64,000 bases of DNA from Calditrichales bacterium (GCA_965267575.1 OZ254086.1:2560001-2624000), one strand, 5' to 3'. Shown: positions 19,973 to 29,113, numbered from the stretch's first letter. Translations and numbers: made by a program. The notes: generated by a model not told the origin, from the sequence alone.

Positions 19973-21178
19973 TTACGTCGTGTACTCCGCGTTGATGCGT
20001 ACATAGTCATAGCTTAAATCGCTGCCCCAGCCGACGGCTTTGCCTTCGCCCATGTTTAAATCAAGGATGACCTGTATCCGCGGCGCGGCCATATATTTTT
20101 TTAGCTGCGCGCGATTGTGATTTACCGGCTGGCTGTCCTTGAGGATCTGCAAAGGGTTTTCCAGCCCGAAGTAAAGATCGATGCTGTCCGGGTTGATATC
20201 CACGCCGGACCTGCCGGCGGCGGCGATGATGCGGCCCCAGTTGGGATCGCGCCCGAACATGGCCGTTTTCACCAGGCTGGAGTCTGAAATAGTGCGCACG
20301 ATCTGACGTGCCTGCGCATCGGACTGGGCGTTTACGACATGGTATTCGATAAACTTGGTGGCGCCCTCACCGTCGGAAACAATCAGCTTGGCCAGGTGCG
20401 CGCACATATTCTCCAGATGCTGACGGAACTTTTCGTAAGCGGCGTTTTCCTCCTTAATGCGTTTGTTTTGGGCCAGTCCGTTGCACATGATAGCCACCAT
20501 ATCGTTGGTGCTGGTATCGCCATCCACTGTAATCATGTTGAAGGTTTTATCGACGCATTCGCTCAGTGCCTTTTGCAGCAGCTTTGGTTCGATGCTAATG
20601 TCGCAGACAATGTAGGCCAGCATCGTGGCCATGTTGGGATGGATCATGCCGGAGCCTTTAGCGATACCGGCCATGTTTATTGTCTTATCATCCAGCTTAA
20701 AATTTTGAAAACCCTCTTTGGCGAACGTGTCCGTCGTCAGAATTGCGTTGGCAGCCAGCGAACCGGCCAGCGCACGGGAGGTCAGCTTTTTGCTGCTGCC
20801 ATGGATTCCCTTAACCACTTTCTCCGTAGGAAACGGCTCGCCGATTAGCCCGGTTGAAGCGATAAGAATATGCCCGGCTGGAATTTCCAGCGCCTGCGAA
20901 GCCGCTTCCAGCATCGCTTCTGCGCCCCGGCGTCCCTGCTCTCCGGTGCAGGCGTTGGCATTGCCGGAGTTTATTACGAACGCCTGCAAACAGCCATCTG
21001 CCACATTGCGCCGGCTTATCTTCAGCGGCTCGGCCACCACGCGGTTTACGGTAAACACAGCCGCTGCCGAAGCGGGTACTTCCGATTTTATCAGCGCCAG
21101 GTCGCGGCGGTTGGCCTTTATGCCGATGTGCGCGCCCCAGCAGGTTATACCGCGCACATGCGTAAGATTTTTAACCAT
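19973..21178 (-). CDS. argJ: Bifunctional ornithine acetyltransferase/N-acetylglutamate synthase
   Basis: INSGNANACTG, LTTDT, KGSGMIHPNMATML, DGDTSTND, DGEGATK, DPNWGRI, YVRINAEYTT. Confidence 0.96.
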   Translation of the reverse strand: MVKNLTHVRGITCWGAHIGIKANRRDLALIKSEVPASAAAVFTVNRVVAEPLKISRRNVADGCLQAFVINSGNANACTGEQGRRGAEAMLEAASQALEIPAGHILIASTGLIGEPFPTEKVVKGIHGSSKKLTSRALAGSLAANAILTTDTFAKEGFQNFKLDDKTINMAGIAKGSGMIHPNMATMLAYIVCDISIEPKLLQKALSECVDKTFNMITVDGDTSTNDMVAIMCNGLAQNKRIKEENAAYEKFRQHLENMCAHLAKLIVSDGEGATKFIEYHVVNAQSDAQARQIVRTISDSSLVKTAMFGRDPNWGRIIAAAGRSGVDINPDSIDLYFGLENPLQILKDSQPVNHNRAQLKKYMAAPRIQVILDLNMGEGKAVGWGSDLSYDYVRINAEYTT

Positions 21179-21191
21179 TCTCTTCTCTCAT

Positions 21192-22253
21192 TTATGGACT
21201 TAACGGAGCCTGTGTCAGACCCGAATTTTCAACCATGTTAAATAGAATATTCATATTCTGGATCGCCTGGCCGGCAGCGCCCTTTACCAGGTTGTCCAAT
21301 ACGCTTATTGTTACGATCGTATCTGTCCTTGTATCATACGTAACGAAAACATCGCAGAAGTTGGAGCCACGCACGTTTTTAACGGCCGGCGGCGCGTCGC
21401 ACACGCGGACAAACTGTTCTTTCCAATAGATTTGCCCGAACAATTCACGCAACTCTTCGGTGGAGGTCTTGCGTGTCGGTTTACAGTAACACGTGGTAAG
21501 AATGCCGCGGTCAATTGGCAGAAGGTGCGGCGTAAACAATACTTCTACCTTGTTTCCGGCTGCCACGGACAGCAGTTGTTCTATTTCCGGCGTATGCCGG
21601 TGACGCAACAGGCCGTAGGCGCTAAAGTTGCCAAACACCGATGGAAAATGTGTGTTGTCCGTGGCTTTTGCCCCGGCCCCGCTCACGCCTGATTTCGAAT
21701 CGATTACGATCTTATTTGTGTCTATCAGATTGCTTTTTAGCAAAGGCCACAAGGCCAGGACAGCCGAAGTGGGGTAGCAGCCGGGATTGGCTATAAGCCT
21801 GGCCCTGCGGATCTCGTCGCGGTTAACTTCCGGCAGGCCGTAGACAGCTTCTTTCAATAGCTTCGGCTGCAGGTGTTTTCTGCCATACCACTCTTCGTAT
21901 ACGGCAACCGACGCAATGCGGAAATCCGCGGAGAGATCGACCACTTTTGTTCCCGAGAGACGCTCGCCGTTAAGCCACTCCATTGAGACGGCGTGCGGCA
22001 ATGCCAGAAATAACAGGTCGATTTCATTCTGCTCCAGCGCTTCCATTGGTTGCAGGATCAGTTCGCAACAGCCGCGCAGCTGCGGGTGTATCTCGCTGAT
22101 CTTTTTGCCCGCCTGCGAACGTGACGTGACAACCGCCAGCGAAACATCGGGATGGCCCGTAAGCAATCGCACCAACTCCGAGCCCGTATAACCGTTTGCG
22201 CCCGCAACGGCCACGCGAAAGCTGCGTTTTCTTTGTACATCAGGATAACTCAT
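21192..22253 (-). CDS. argC: N-acetyl-gamma-glutamyl-phosphate reductase
   Basis: GANGYTG, DLSADFR, IANPGCYPT, SGVSGAG, HRHTPEI, DNLVKGAAGQAIQN. Confidence 0.96.
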   Translation of the reverse strand: MSYPDVQRKRSFRVAVAGANGYTGSELVRLLTGHPDVSLAVVTSRSQAGKKISEIHPQLRGCCELILQPMEALEQNEIDLLFLALPHAVSMEWLNGERLSGTKVVDLSADFRIASVAVYEEWYGRKHLQPKLLKEAVYGLPEVNRDEIRRARLIANPGCYPTSAVLALWPLLKSNLIDTNKIVIDSKSGVSGAGAKATDNTHFPSVFGNFSAYGLLRHRHTPEIEQLLSVAAGNKVEVLFTPHLLPIDRGILTTCYCKPTRKTSTEELRELFGQIYWKEQFVRVCDAPPAVKNVRGSNFCDVFVTYDTRTDTIVTISVLDNLVKGAAGQAIQNMNILFNMVENSGLTQAPLSP

Positions 22254-23035
22254 AGATTACCTTTAATCAGGGTTCCCACGTTTTCGCCGGCCGCGGCGCG
22301 GATGACCACGTCTTTTGCCTCCGCCGAGGCAATAACCACGCGTGCTACGCCATGCTGCAGAGCTGTCAGACAGGCCTCTACCTTGGGCATCATGCCGCTT
22401 TGTATCCAGGCCGGTTTTGCCGCAAGCTCCGCGGCGTCAATCTCCTTGATATGAGACCGGGGGTCAGCCATGTCGCGATAAATTCCGTTTACGTTTGTCA
22501 GCAGCAAAAAGGTTTCCGTCTTTAGTGCAGCGGCCACGTGCGCGGCAAACAGGTCGGCATTGACATTATAGCTTTCCTCATCGGGTCCTAAAGCCACTGG
22601 CGCAACGACCGGCAGAAAGCCGTTATTTTCAAGCAGGCGCAGCAATTTTATATCAACCTTTTCAATATCACCGACAAATCCGAGATCATTTTCTGCATTG
22701 GCCGGGCGGCGCTTTTGTACGCGCACCATGGCGCCGTCTTTGCCGCTTAGCCCCACCGCGTTGAGACCGTGGCGTTGCAACAGGTTGACAAGCTGACCGT
22801 TAACCTCACCGTTCAGCGCCATTTCCACATAACGCATCGCGTTGGCGTCGGTTTGCCTGTGGCCGTCGATAAAGCGGCTTTCAACGCGTGCTGTTTCCAG
22901 AAGCTTTTGAATGGACGGGCCGCCACCATGCACCATGGTAATGTGAATCTTTTGTTTATGCAGCGATGCAATTTGCCGGATAACCGTTTCACCCGGGCCC
23001 ATTGCGTTTCCGCCATATTTTATAAGCAGGGACAT
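22250..23035 (-). CDS. argB: Acetylglutamate kinase
   Basis: IKYGGNAM, VHGGGP, GLSGKDG, NVNAD, GMMPKV. Confidence 0.95.
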   Translation of the reverse strand: MSLLIKYGGNAMGPGETVIRQIASLHKQKIHITMVHGGGPSIQKLLETARVESRFIDGHRQTDANAMRYVEMALNGEVNGQLVNLLQRHGLNAVGLSGKDGAMVRVQKRRPANAENDLGFVGDIEKVDIKLLRLLENNGFLPVVAPVALGPDEESYNVNADLFAAHVAAALKTETFLLLTNVNGIYRDMADPRSHIKEIDAAELAAKPAWIQSGMMPKVEACLTALQHGVARVVIASAEAKDVVIRAAAGENVGTLIKGNL

Positions 23036-23115
23036 TTTAATCTTTATTGTTTTGGATTGGGAGCGAAATTAGGCGCTGATACGCTTTTATTCAAATTCAA
23101 ATAGACCAATTCCGT

Positions 23116-23256
23116 GGCTGCTTTCAGACACGATAATCGGCTGATATCAGCCAATTGATATTTTCGAAATTGTTTAAGCGTCACCGCAAATTCTCTGTTA
23201 TTTTTAGTTAAGTTCAATAAAAACAACATTGTGAAAAAAGTGGCATATTTGTTGTA
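23116..23256 (+). promoter_or_regulatory. Sigma-54 promoter module 1 (paired enhancer boxes, A-rich element, -24/-12)
   Basis: GGCTGCTTTCAGAC 23116, GGCTGATATCAGCC 23139, TAAGTTCAATAAAAACAACA 23209, TGGCATATTTGTTGTA 23241. Confidence 0.75.
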
Positions 23257-23294
23257 GTTATATCCGGCAAAAGCACAACTTCAAGGAGGAAGCC

Positions 23295-23894
23295 ATGATT
23301 AGATTTTTAACTTTTGTAACGGTCACCGCGAGCTTACTGTTGCTCAGCTGTGATCAGAATATGCCGGCGCAAAATGACCCGACGCTTTCGGGCCATTCGC
23401 CGCAGTTAACGCAGGATCGAAATATCAAGATCGTGCCTTTTAGCGAATCGTTGCGTAGCAGCGCGCTCAGCAAAGTGGTCACCGTATCTTCATTTGTCTC
23501 TTATGATGAGGGCGGGGAACTGGAGCTCGATTACGATTACGACTTTGAGGTGGACATTAAGTTTGAGGTACCAGTCCATTCAATCAGCGAAGACGCGACA
23601 CTGAAGCTGACCATCGATACGGATAACTTTGTGGGCTCTTTTGACGTGAATTTCCAGCCGCACGGAATCGTATTTGGTATTCCAGCCACCCTAAATATTA
23701 AGGCCAAAAACCTCGACCTCAGCACCATTACAGACCCCACTACAATAAAGGTCTATTATGACAATACAGATACGGGTGAGTGGGAAGAGATGCAATGCGA
23801 TGATATCGTCGTTGATTTACTGCTTGGCAACATTACCGTGATAAACGCCAAAATACCGCACTTTTCCCGGTACGCAATCGGTACGGAATATTAA
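23295..23894 (+). CDS. ZU5-like lipoprotein ending HFS-RYAIGTEY
   Basis: Lipobox LLSC; FQPHGIVFGIPATL; C-terminus IPHFSRYAIGTEY. Confidence 0.8.
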   Translation: MIRFLTFVTVTASLLLLSCDQNMPAQNDPTLSGHSPQLTQDRNIKIVPFSESLRSSALSKVVTVSSFVSYDEGGELELDYDYDFEVDIKFEVPVHSISEDATLKLTIDTDNFVGSFDVNFQPHGIVFGIPATLNIKAKNLDLSTITDPTTIKVYYDNTDTGEWEEMQCDDIVVDLLLGNITVINAKIPHFSRYAIGTEY

Positions 23895-23914
23895 CAGCCA
23901 CCTTAACCAGGAGC

Positions 23915-24604
23915 ATGAAGATGAAAACTCTTATTCGCTTTTTAACCCTGCTGTCATCCGCTCTTTTTCTGCTGGTGGCTTGTGATCAGCACCCCCTTTC
24001 TCCGGATGAAAACAACGATACAAATATGCCAATCGATGGTATTACAAAGAGTGGTAATATAACTTTTCTGCGCTTTAACGCCGATGATACGGTTCTTTCA
24101 AAACCTATCATTGTTACAAAGTTGATCAGCGCGGAAAATGGTGGCGAGCTTATTGCTACCTACAACTGGGGCCGGGAAAACGGCTGCTCCGGAGACGAAA
24201 AATACGCTTCCTTTGCTTTGGAGGGAGGTACGGATGAAATACCCCGCCGTGCCAAGAGCAAAATCTATGTTAGCTTGTATATTCCGCCAGGCGCCCTGGA
24301 TGAAGATACAGAGTTGTCATTGACGTTAAACGCCGGTACCATCGGCGGAGAAGTCGATATGGTGTTCAGTCCCCACGGTACAATCTTTAATACACCGGCC
24401 ATTTTAAATGTAAAAGCGTTGAGACTGGACTTAGGCGGCCTTTGTGAAGAAGAGATAGATATCTACTATGACAACCAGGAAAAAGGCTGCTGGGATACGA
24501 TGGAGAGCAGTTTTGTGAAGGCCAATCTAAAAGGCGGATTTATAATAGTTAAAAACGCTTTGTTGCCTCATTTTTCCCGCTATGCCATGGCCTATGGCTG
24601 GTGA
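23915..24604 (+). CDS. ZU5-like lipoprotein ending HFS-RYAMAYGW
   Basis: Lipobox LVAC; GGEL..VSLYIPPGAL, FSPHGTIFNTPAIL; C-terminus LPHFSRYAMAYGW. Confidence 0.8.
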   Translation: MKMKTLIRFLTLLSSALFLLVACDQHPLSPDENNDTNMPIDGITKSGNITFLRFNADDTVLSKPIIVTKLISAENGGELIATYNWGRENGCSGDEKYASFALEGGTDEIPRRAKSKIYVSLYIPPGALDEDTELSLTLNAGTIGGEVDMVFSPHGTIFNTPAILNVKALRLDLGGLCEEEIDIYYDNQEKGCWDTMESSFVKANLKGGFIIVKNALLPHFSRYAMAYGW

Positions 24605-24639
24605 TTTTGAATAAAACATAAACTAAACCATGACTTGAT

Positions 24640-24668
24640 AAGGCGGTCCGGACGGGCCGCCTTTTTTT
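24640..24668 (+). terminator. Intrinsic terminator of unit 1
   Basis: AAGGCGGTCC-GGAC-GGGCCGCCTT followed by a T tract. Confidence 0.85.
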
Positions 24669-24671
24669 GTT

Positions 24672-24788
24672 GGCCGAAAGCCGCCGGCGGTTGGCTGAAA
24701 GCGGCCATATTAAATTTTGTGCTTTGCATTTATTTGCTCTGTAAAGTCAATAAAAACAGCAGTATAAATCGTTGGCATGGAGGTTGTA
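24672..24788 (+). promoter_or_regulatory. Sigma-54 promoter module 2
   Basis: GGCCGAAAGCCGCC 24672, GGCTGAAAGCGGCC 24693, TCAATAAAAACAGCA, TGGCATGGAGGTTGTA 24773. Confidence 0.75.
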
Positions 24789-24839
24789 ATTAAATAAGCC
24801 AGTCATGAACATTAACAAACCCAATTCAAGGAGCAAATC

Positions 24840-25370
24840 ATGCTAAAACGGTTTACAACTCTTATTATCGCCGGCGCTTTTATTTTAATGGCCTGCGAAC
24901 AGAATATGCCCAACCAGGCTGCTGACCGGCCGGATTACCTTTTAGATGTGGCAACAACAGATTCGAAGATTTCTGTATACCCCATGTTTGGAAGCTATGA
25001 ATTGAAATATGCGGGCCAGGGATATAATGGCGGAAAACTTAAGCTTCAGGACGGATCCAGTTTTATTATGGAAAACAATTCAATCACGCCGCCGGTTGAT
25101 GTGTTATGGGGGGAGAATTTTACCATAACCTGGCTTCTGGAAAAGGTGAACGGCGAACTGATTTTTACATTTGGCCCACATGGTACAAAATTTTCTCCCC
25201 CTGCTACTGTCTGGCTGGATTTTTCTGCACTCGGTACGGACAATGTTTCGCTGTGGTATATCAAAGATGACGGCAGCCGCGTTCAGCAAAAGCCCATTGA
25301 TGTACAAGGCAATAAGCTGTTGATCTATATTGATCACTTTTCCCGCTACGCAATCGGAACGGAGTATTAA
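24840..25370 (+). CDS. ZU5-like lipoprotein ending HFS-RYAIGTEY
   Basis: Lipobox LMAC; FGPHGTKFSPPA; C-terminus IDHFSRYAIGTEY. Confidence 0.8.
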   Translation: MLKRFTTLIIAGAFILMACEQNMPNQAADRPDYLLDVATTDSKISVYPMFGSYELKYAGQGYNGGKLKLQDGSSFIMENNSITPPVDVLWGENFTITWLLEKVNGELIFTFGPHGTKFSPPATVWLDFSALGTDNVSLWYIKDDGSRVQQKPIDVQGNKLLIYIDHFSRYAIGTEY

Positions 25371-25409
25371 TAAGAATTAAACAAAAAGCTTTTAATAATG
25401 AGGCCCATC

Positions 25410-26360
25410 ATGAAAAAACTAATCACCCTAATAAGCAGCCTGGTTTTCGGCTTCGGCTTTATCGCCTGCGAGCAGAATATTACCGCCCCGCAATCCCAGC
25501 CGGAGTTGGAAACGACCACCTACAGCGCTGACGTAAACGAATTTGATAGCGGCAACGGCGAGCAGATCGTTGTACAAAGAACGGTCACCGACGGATCCGG
25601 TGTTATCCTGCGAATCCGCGACAAAAACATGAACGACGTGGAATTTGATATCCCCGGGCAAGAGCTAGCGGATGGTATGGTTGTCCGCATGATAAAGCGC
25701 AACAAAACCAGCAACCGTATTATGCTTGAACCTGTTAACGCCCAGATAAAACGCGGCTTTAACATTACCATGTGGTACACCCATTCGGCCATGCCAACCA
25801 ATGTATCTGAAAAAGACCTTTCGGTTTTCCAACGTCAGAATAATAACTTCTTTGTCCGCCTGGATAGCCGTGTAAATACAAGAAAGCGCGAAGTATACTC
25901 TACCGGCTATAGTGGTGGTGAATACGTTTTGGGTGCCGTGGACGGTAACGGCAAATTCCACATTGTGGAAGGTGAATTTGGTATCCGTGTAGAAGAAACG
26001 ATCAACCCCAAAAAAGGCGGCGTTATTCGCCTGCCCGGCGGTAGCCAACTTGAAATACCTAAAGGAGCACTGGATAAAAGAACCACGATTGGTATGATCG
26101 CTGAGCGCAAGACCATCCTGGGCAAGGGCGAAGAGGCCAAGGTATTTACTTTTACACCGCATGGTACCGTTTTTAATACGCCCATTAAACTCACTCTGAA
26201 CTGGAAAGAATATGCCGGTGAAGAGATCACCATGTTCTACTACAATGAATCCACAGGCAAATGGGAATTGTACTATGATGGTGTTTGGGATGAGCAGAAC
26301 AAAACCGTAACCCTGGAGATCCCGCACTTCTCGCGCTACGCTATGGCCTATGGATGGTAA
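25410..26360 (+). CDS. Tandem ZU5-like lipoprotein ending HFS-RYAMAYGW
   Basis: Lipobox FIAC; GGVIRLPGGSQLEIPKGAL, FTPHGTVFNTPIKL; C-terminus IPHFSRYAMAYGW. Confidence 0.8.
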   Translation: MKKLITLISSLVFGFGFIACEQNITAPQSQPELETTTYSADVNEFDSGNGEQIVVQRTVTDGSGVILRIRDKNMNDVEFDIPGQELADGMVVRMIKRNKTSNRIMLEPVNAQIKRGFNITMWYTHSAMPTNVSEKDLSVFQRQNNNFFVRLDSRVNTRKREVYSTGYSGGEYVLGAVDGNGKFHIVEGEFGIRVEETINPKKGGVIRLPGGSQLEIPKGALDKRTTIGMIAERKTILGKGEEAKVFTFTPHGTVFNTPIKLTLNWKEYAGEEITMFYYNESTGKWELYYDGVWDEQNKTVTLEIPHFSRYAMAYGW

Positions 26361-26425
26361 GGAAAATTACGAATTAGGAATTACGAATTAGACGTAAGAA
26401 TTAAGATTAAAAATAAGGACCAAAG

Positions 26426-26453
26426 AGGCGGTTCATAGCGGGCCGCCTTTTTT
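26426..26453 (+). terminator. Intrinsic terminator of unit 2
   Basis: AGGCGGTTC-ATAGC-GGGCCGCCT followed by a T tract. Confidence 0.8.
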
Positions 26454-26456
26454 ATT

Positions 26457-26571
26457 GGCTGAAAGCAGCCCGCCGGGTGGCTGAATACAGCCAAAAGAAG
26501 TTGGTATTTTTAGTAATCGGTTTATAGAGCCAATAAAAACAACATCTTAGGGTCTTGGCATGACGGTTGCC
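26457..26571 (+). promoter_or_regulatory. Sigma-54 promoter module 3
   Basis: GGCTGAAAGCAGCC 26457, GGCTGAATACAGCC 26479, CAATAAAAACAACATCTTA, TGGCATGACGGTTGC 26556 (GG-N10-GC). Confidence 0.82.
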
Positions 26572-26612
26572 TTATATATAAGCAAATGGAAAGAATGACC
26601 AAGGAGGATTCA

Positions 26613-27200
26613 ATGAAGTACATTACTACATTAGTGATCAGCTTAGGCTTGTTTATCGGCTGTGAGAACAACCCCGTGGATACGCCAGCTTCCGATAATG
26701 GAGATAGTTACGCCTTAGCCAAGGGTAAAGGTAAAGGCAATACCGGTAGCAAGGATTTTAAAACACCCGACGGCAAAAAAGATGAGTTTAAGTCGTTCCC
26801 CAAGTACGGCGAAGTAGAGCTTGAATATTTTAAAAAGGCGCGTGGCTTTGGTAGCGGAAAAATACAACTTGATGACGGTTCCAAGTTTAAGGTTGATTCC
26901 CTGGCCACAACGGCTCCCAAAGGTCATAAAAAGAACACAAATCTTACGCTCACCATGCTTGTGGAAAAAATTGACGGCGAACTGATATTTACCTTTGGCC
27001 CGCATGGCTGCGAGTTTTCTCCACGCGCCGAAATTGCCCTTGACTATAGCGCATTAGGGGTGAAAGTACCCACACTATACTACATCAGGGATGACGGAAC
27101 CTATGAAGAACAGACCCCGGACCATGTAGATACCAAAGGTCGCAAAATGTACATCAGGGTGGATCACTTCTCACGCTATGCCATGGCATATGGCTGGTAA
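26613..27200 (+). CDS. ZU5-like lipoprotein ending HFS-RYAMAYGW
   Basis: AAGGAGG RBS, lipobox FIGC; FGPHGCEFSPRA; C-terminus VDHFSRYAMAYGW. Confidence 0.8.
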   Translation: MKYITTLVISLGLFIGCENNPVDTPASDNGDSYALAKGKGKGNTGSKDFKTPDGKKDEFKSFPKYGEVELEYFKKARGFGSGKIQLDDGSKFKVDSLATTAPKGHKKNTNLTLTMLVEKIDGELIFTFGPHGCEFSPRAEIALDYSALGVKVPTLYYIRDDGTYEEQTPDHVDTKGRKMYIRVDHFSRYAMAYGW

Positions 27201-27307
27201 TCGTTACCAGGAACAAGAGGTTTTAAACACGGACAAAAAATGAAACTCATCGCCAGTATTATTTTGAAATTGAGAAAAGGTAAAAAGAATTCGGAAGGAG
27301 AGAAGAA

Positions 27308-27442
27308 TTGAATCGTTTCCGGCTGATAATAATGATGATGTACATATATAAGATCTACTTTGATCTCCATAGTGAGGAACAAAATCATCAACCCGAAAAA
27401 GATTCGTCTAATTCACGCTATAGTATTGGCACTGAGTACTGA
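27308..27442 (+). CDS. Small putative pro-peptide (44 aa) ending SRYSIGTEY; not in the ORF track
   Basis: AAGGAG at 27295-27300, TTG start; MNRFRLIIMMMYIYKIYFDLHSEEQNHQPEKDSSNSRYSIGTEY*; alternative ATG starts at 27332-27338. Confidence 0.7.
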   Translation: MNRFRLIIMMMYIYKIYFDLHSEEQNHQPEKDSSNSRYSIGTEY

Positions 27443-27461
27443 ACATTGCCAACGACCAACA

Positions 27462-27493
27462 GGGCGGCTTCTTATTGGAGTCGCCTTTTTTTT
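27462..27493 (+). terminator. Intrinsic terminator of unit 3
   Basis: GGGCGGCTTC-TTATT-GGAGTCGCCT followed by a T tract, just after the small ORF stop. Confidence 0.8.
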
Positions 27494-27599
27494 GGCTTTT
27501 TTCAGCCGCGTTTTGGCTGAATTCGGCCACCCTAAGAAAGCATGGCTTCATTTAAGTATATAAAAAACAACAATCTATGGGGTTGGCATGATGATTGTA
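27494..27599 (+). promoter_or_regulatory. Sigma-54 promoter module 4
   Basis: GGCTTTTTTCAGCC 27494, GGCTGAATTCGGCC 27515, TAAGTATATAAAAAACAACA, TGGCATGATGATTGTA 27584. Confidence 0.75.
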
Positions 27600-27644
27600 T
27601 TATTAAACAGAAAACCAGAAAATAAATCATTCAAGGAGGATATC

Positions 27645-28250
27645 ATGATTAAAGTATTACGTTTTATTTCGATTGCTTTGCTGGCGCTTTTCGTGGCATG
27701 CGAATCCAATTTACCGGTTGAGAATATTGAGCAGCCCCGGCAAGCGGTAAAGGAACCGGCGGATACAAAGACGATCCCCTATGACCAGTTGAAGGTCATG
27801 GATTTTGGCACAAAGGTTCTGGAAAAGACCACAATCGTTTACCAATGGATTTACAAGTCCTTTGGAGGAGAAATTATTAACCAGCATTTTGGTAATGACG
27901 GGCTTTACGTTTATAACAGTCTTTATATCTATCCGCATAGTATCCCGAACAGCATGTGGCTGGGCGTACAGATTAATGATAGCGATTTCCAGGGCGCGGT
28001 TGATGTTCAGTACGGTCCGCACGGATTGGTTTTCTCCCAGCCCGCTGTAATGAACCTGTTTGCCGCCGGGCTCGATCTTAGCAATCTAAACCCGGATAAT
28101 ATTGATATCTATTATGACAATACAGAAGAAGGCTACTGGGAAGAAATGCCCTGTGACGCTGTGATCGTTGATGTGGCCGCCGGTACTATCCAGGTCATAA
28201 ATGCCCGTATCCCGCACTTTTCGCGCTACGCCATTGGTACAGAATACTAA
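27645..28250 (+). CDS. ZU5-like lipoprotein ending HFS-RYAIGTEY
   Basis: AAGGAGG RBS, lipobox FVAC; YGPHGLVFSQPAVM; C-terminus IPHFSRYAIGTEY. Confidence 0.8.
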   Translation: MIKVLRFISIALLALFVACESNLPVENIEQPRQAVKEPADTKTIPYDQLKVMDFGTKVLEKTTIVYQWIYKSFGGEIINQHFGNDGLYVYNSLYIYPHSIPNSMWLGVQINDSDFQGAVDVQYGPHGLVFSQPAVMNLFAAGLDLSNLNPDNIDIYYDNTEEGYWEEMPCDAVIVDVAAGTIQVINARIPHFSRYAIGTEY

Positions 28251-28282
28251 ACCCGGTTTAAAAGCTGTAACAAGGAAGTAAT

Positions 28283-28417
28283 ATGAACATGGTAAAAGGA
28301 CTCATCATCGGCTGCCTGCTCGCGCTGTCTATCGCCGGCGAATCTGCGCAGGACTATGAGACGAATCCACAACAGCAGCCACAACCGGCCCGCTATTTAA
28401 TGGCCTACGGCTTCTGA
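28283..28417 (+). CDS. Small putative secreted pro-peptide (44 aa) ending ARYLMAYGF; not in the ORF track
   Basis: AAGGA RBS; MNMVKGLIIGCLLALSIA-GESAQDYETNPQQQPQPARYLMAYGF*; clear Sec-type signal peptide. Confidence 0.8.
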   Translation: MNMVKGLIIGCLLALSIAGESAQDYETNPQQQPQPARYLMAYGF

Positions 28418-28458
28418 TGATGATCAGCTTTTATCCCCGCAAACAAGGAGGTTTAAGA

Positions 28459-29079
28459 ATGTTTAAAAAATTTAAGATGCAGGCAACGGTAATAGCTGTT
28501 TTGATTCTTTCAGGCTCATTTATCCTGCAATCATGCGAAACGGCACCACTTCAGCCACAGGCCCAGGAACAGCCGGATCAGCTTTTGAGAGGTACGCTTA
28601 GGACTATCACGGGCCTTGCTACCGGCACCGTGCACTTTTTGATTGAAACAACCCAATACATTACAAAGCGCAAAGGCGGTACGCTGAGCTTGCTTTATGA
28701 TGCAACAAAAGACGCCTATCGCAGCGATTCTATCAAAGTCGCGGTTAATCTTGACGTGCCCGAAAACAGCCTGCCATCCAGCATGACGCTTTCCGTGGCT
28801 ATGAATAAAGACAGCCTGGATAAAATGGTTGATTTGGACTTTGGTCCGGACGGGACGGTTTTTAATAAAACAATATATCTGGATATAACTGCGTCAAAAC
28901 TGAACCTGAGCAGCATTAATCCTGACAGTGTCGGCATTTTCTACTGGAACCCGGACAACGGCAGCTATGAAGCAATTCCTTGTCAGGCTATTAACGTCAA
29001 TTTAACGGACGGAACTGTTGAGGTTATCGACGCTGAGATTAACCACTTTTCCCGCTACGTGATGGCTTACGGCTGGTAG
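28459..29079 (+). CDS. ZU5-like lipoprotein ending HFS-RYVMAYGW
   Basis: AAGGAGG RBS, lipobox LQSC; FGPDGTVFNKTIYL; C-terminus INHFSRYVMAYGW. Confidence 0.8.
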   Translation: MFKKFKMQATVIAVLILSGSFILQSCETAPLQPQAQEQPDQLLRGTLRTITGLATGTVHFLIETTQYITKRKGGTLSLLYDATKDAYRSDSIKVAVNLDVPENSLPSSMTLSVAMNKDSLDKMVDLDFGPDGTVFNKTIYLDITASKLNLSSINPDSVGIFYWNPDNGSYEAIPCQAINVNLTDGTVEVIDAEINHFSRYVMAYGW

Positions 29080-29113
29080 TACAATGTGAGGACCCCAATA
29101 AACCTCCTACAAG

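Noticed and set aside
19973..23035. Functional link between argBCJ (ArgJ also self-cleaves) and the peptide locus
   Set aside because: These are ordinary housekeeping genes transcribed divergently; nothing in the sequence ties them to the locus
23044..23229. 61-aa minus-strand ORF upstream of argB as a leader peptide
   Set aside because: It overlaps the enhancer and promoter elements of unit 1, is not Arg-rich and has no clear RBS
26365..26405. AATTACG/AATTAGG heptamer run after the 25410 gene
   Set aside because: A short degenerate tandem repeat with no counterpart in the other four units; no evidence that it is part of the system
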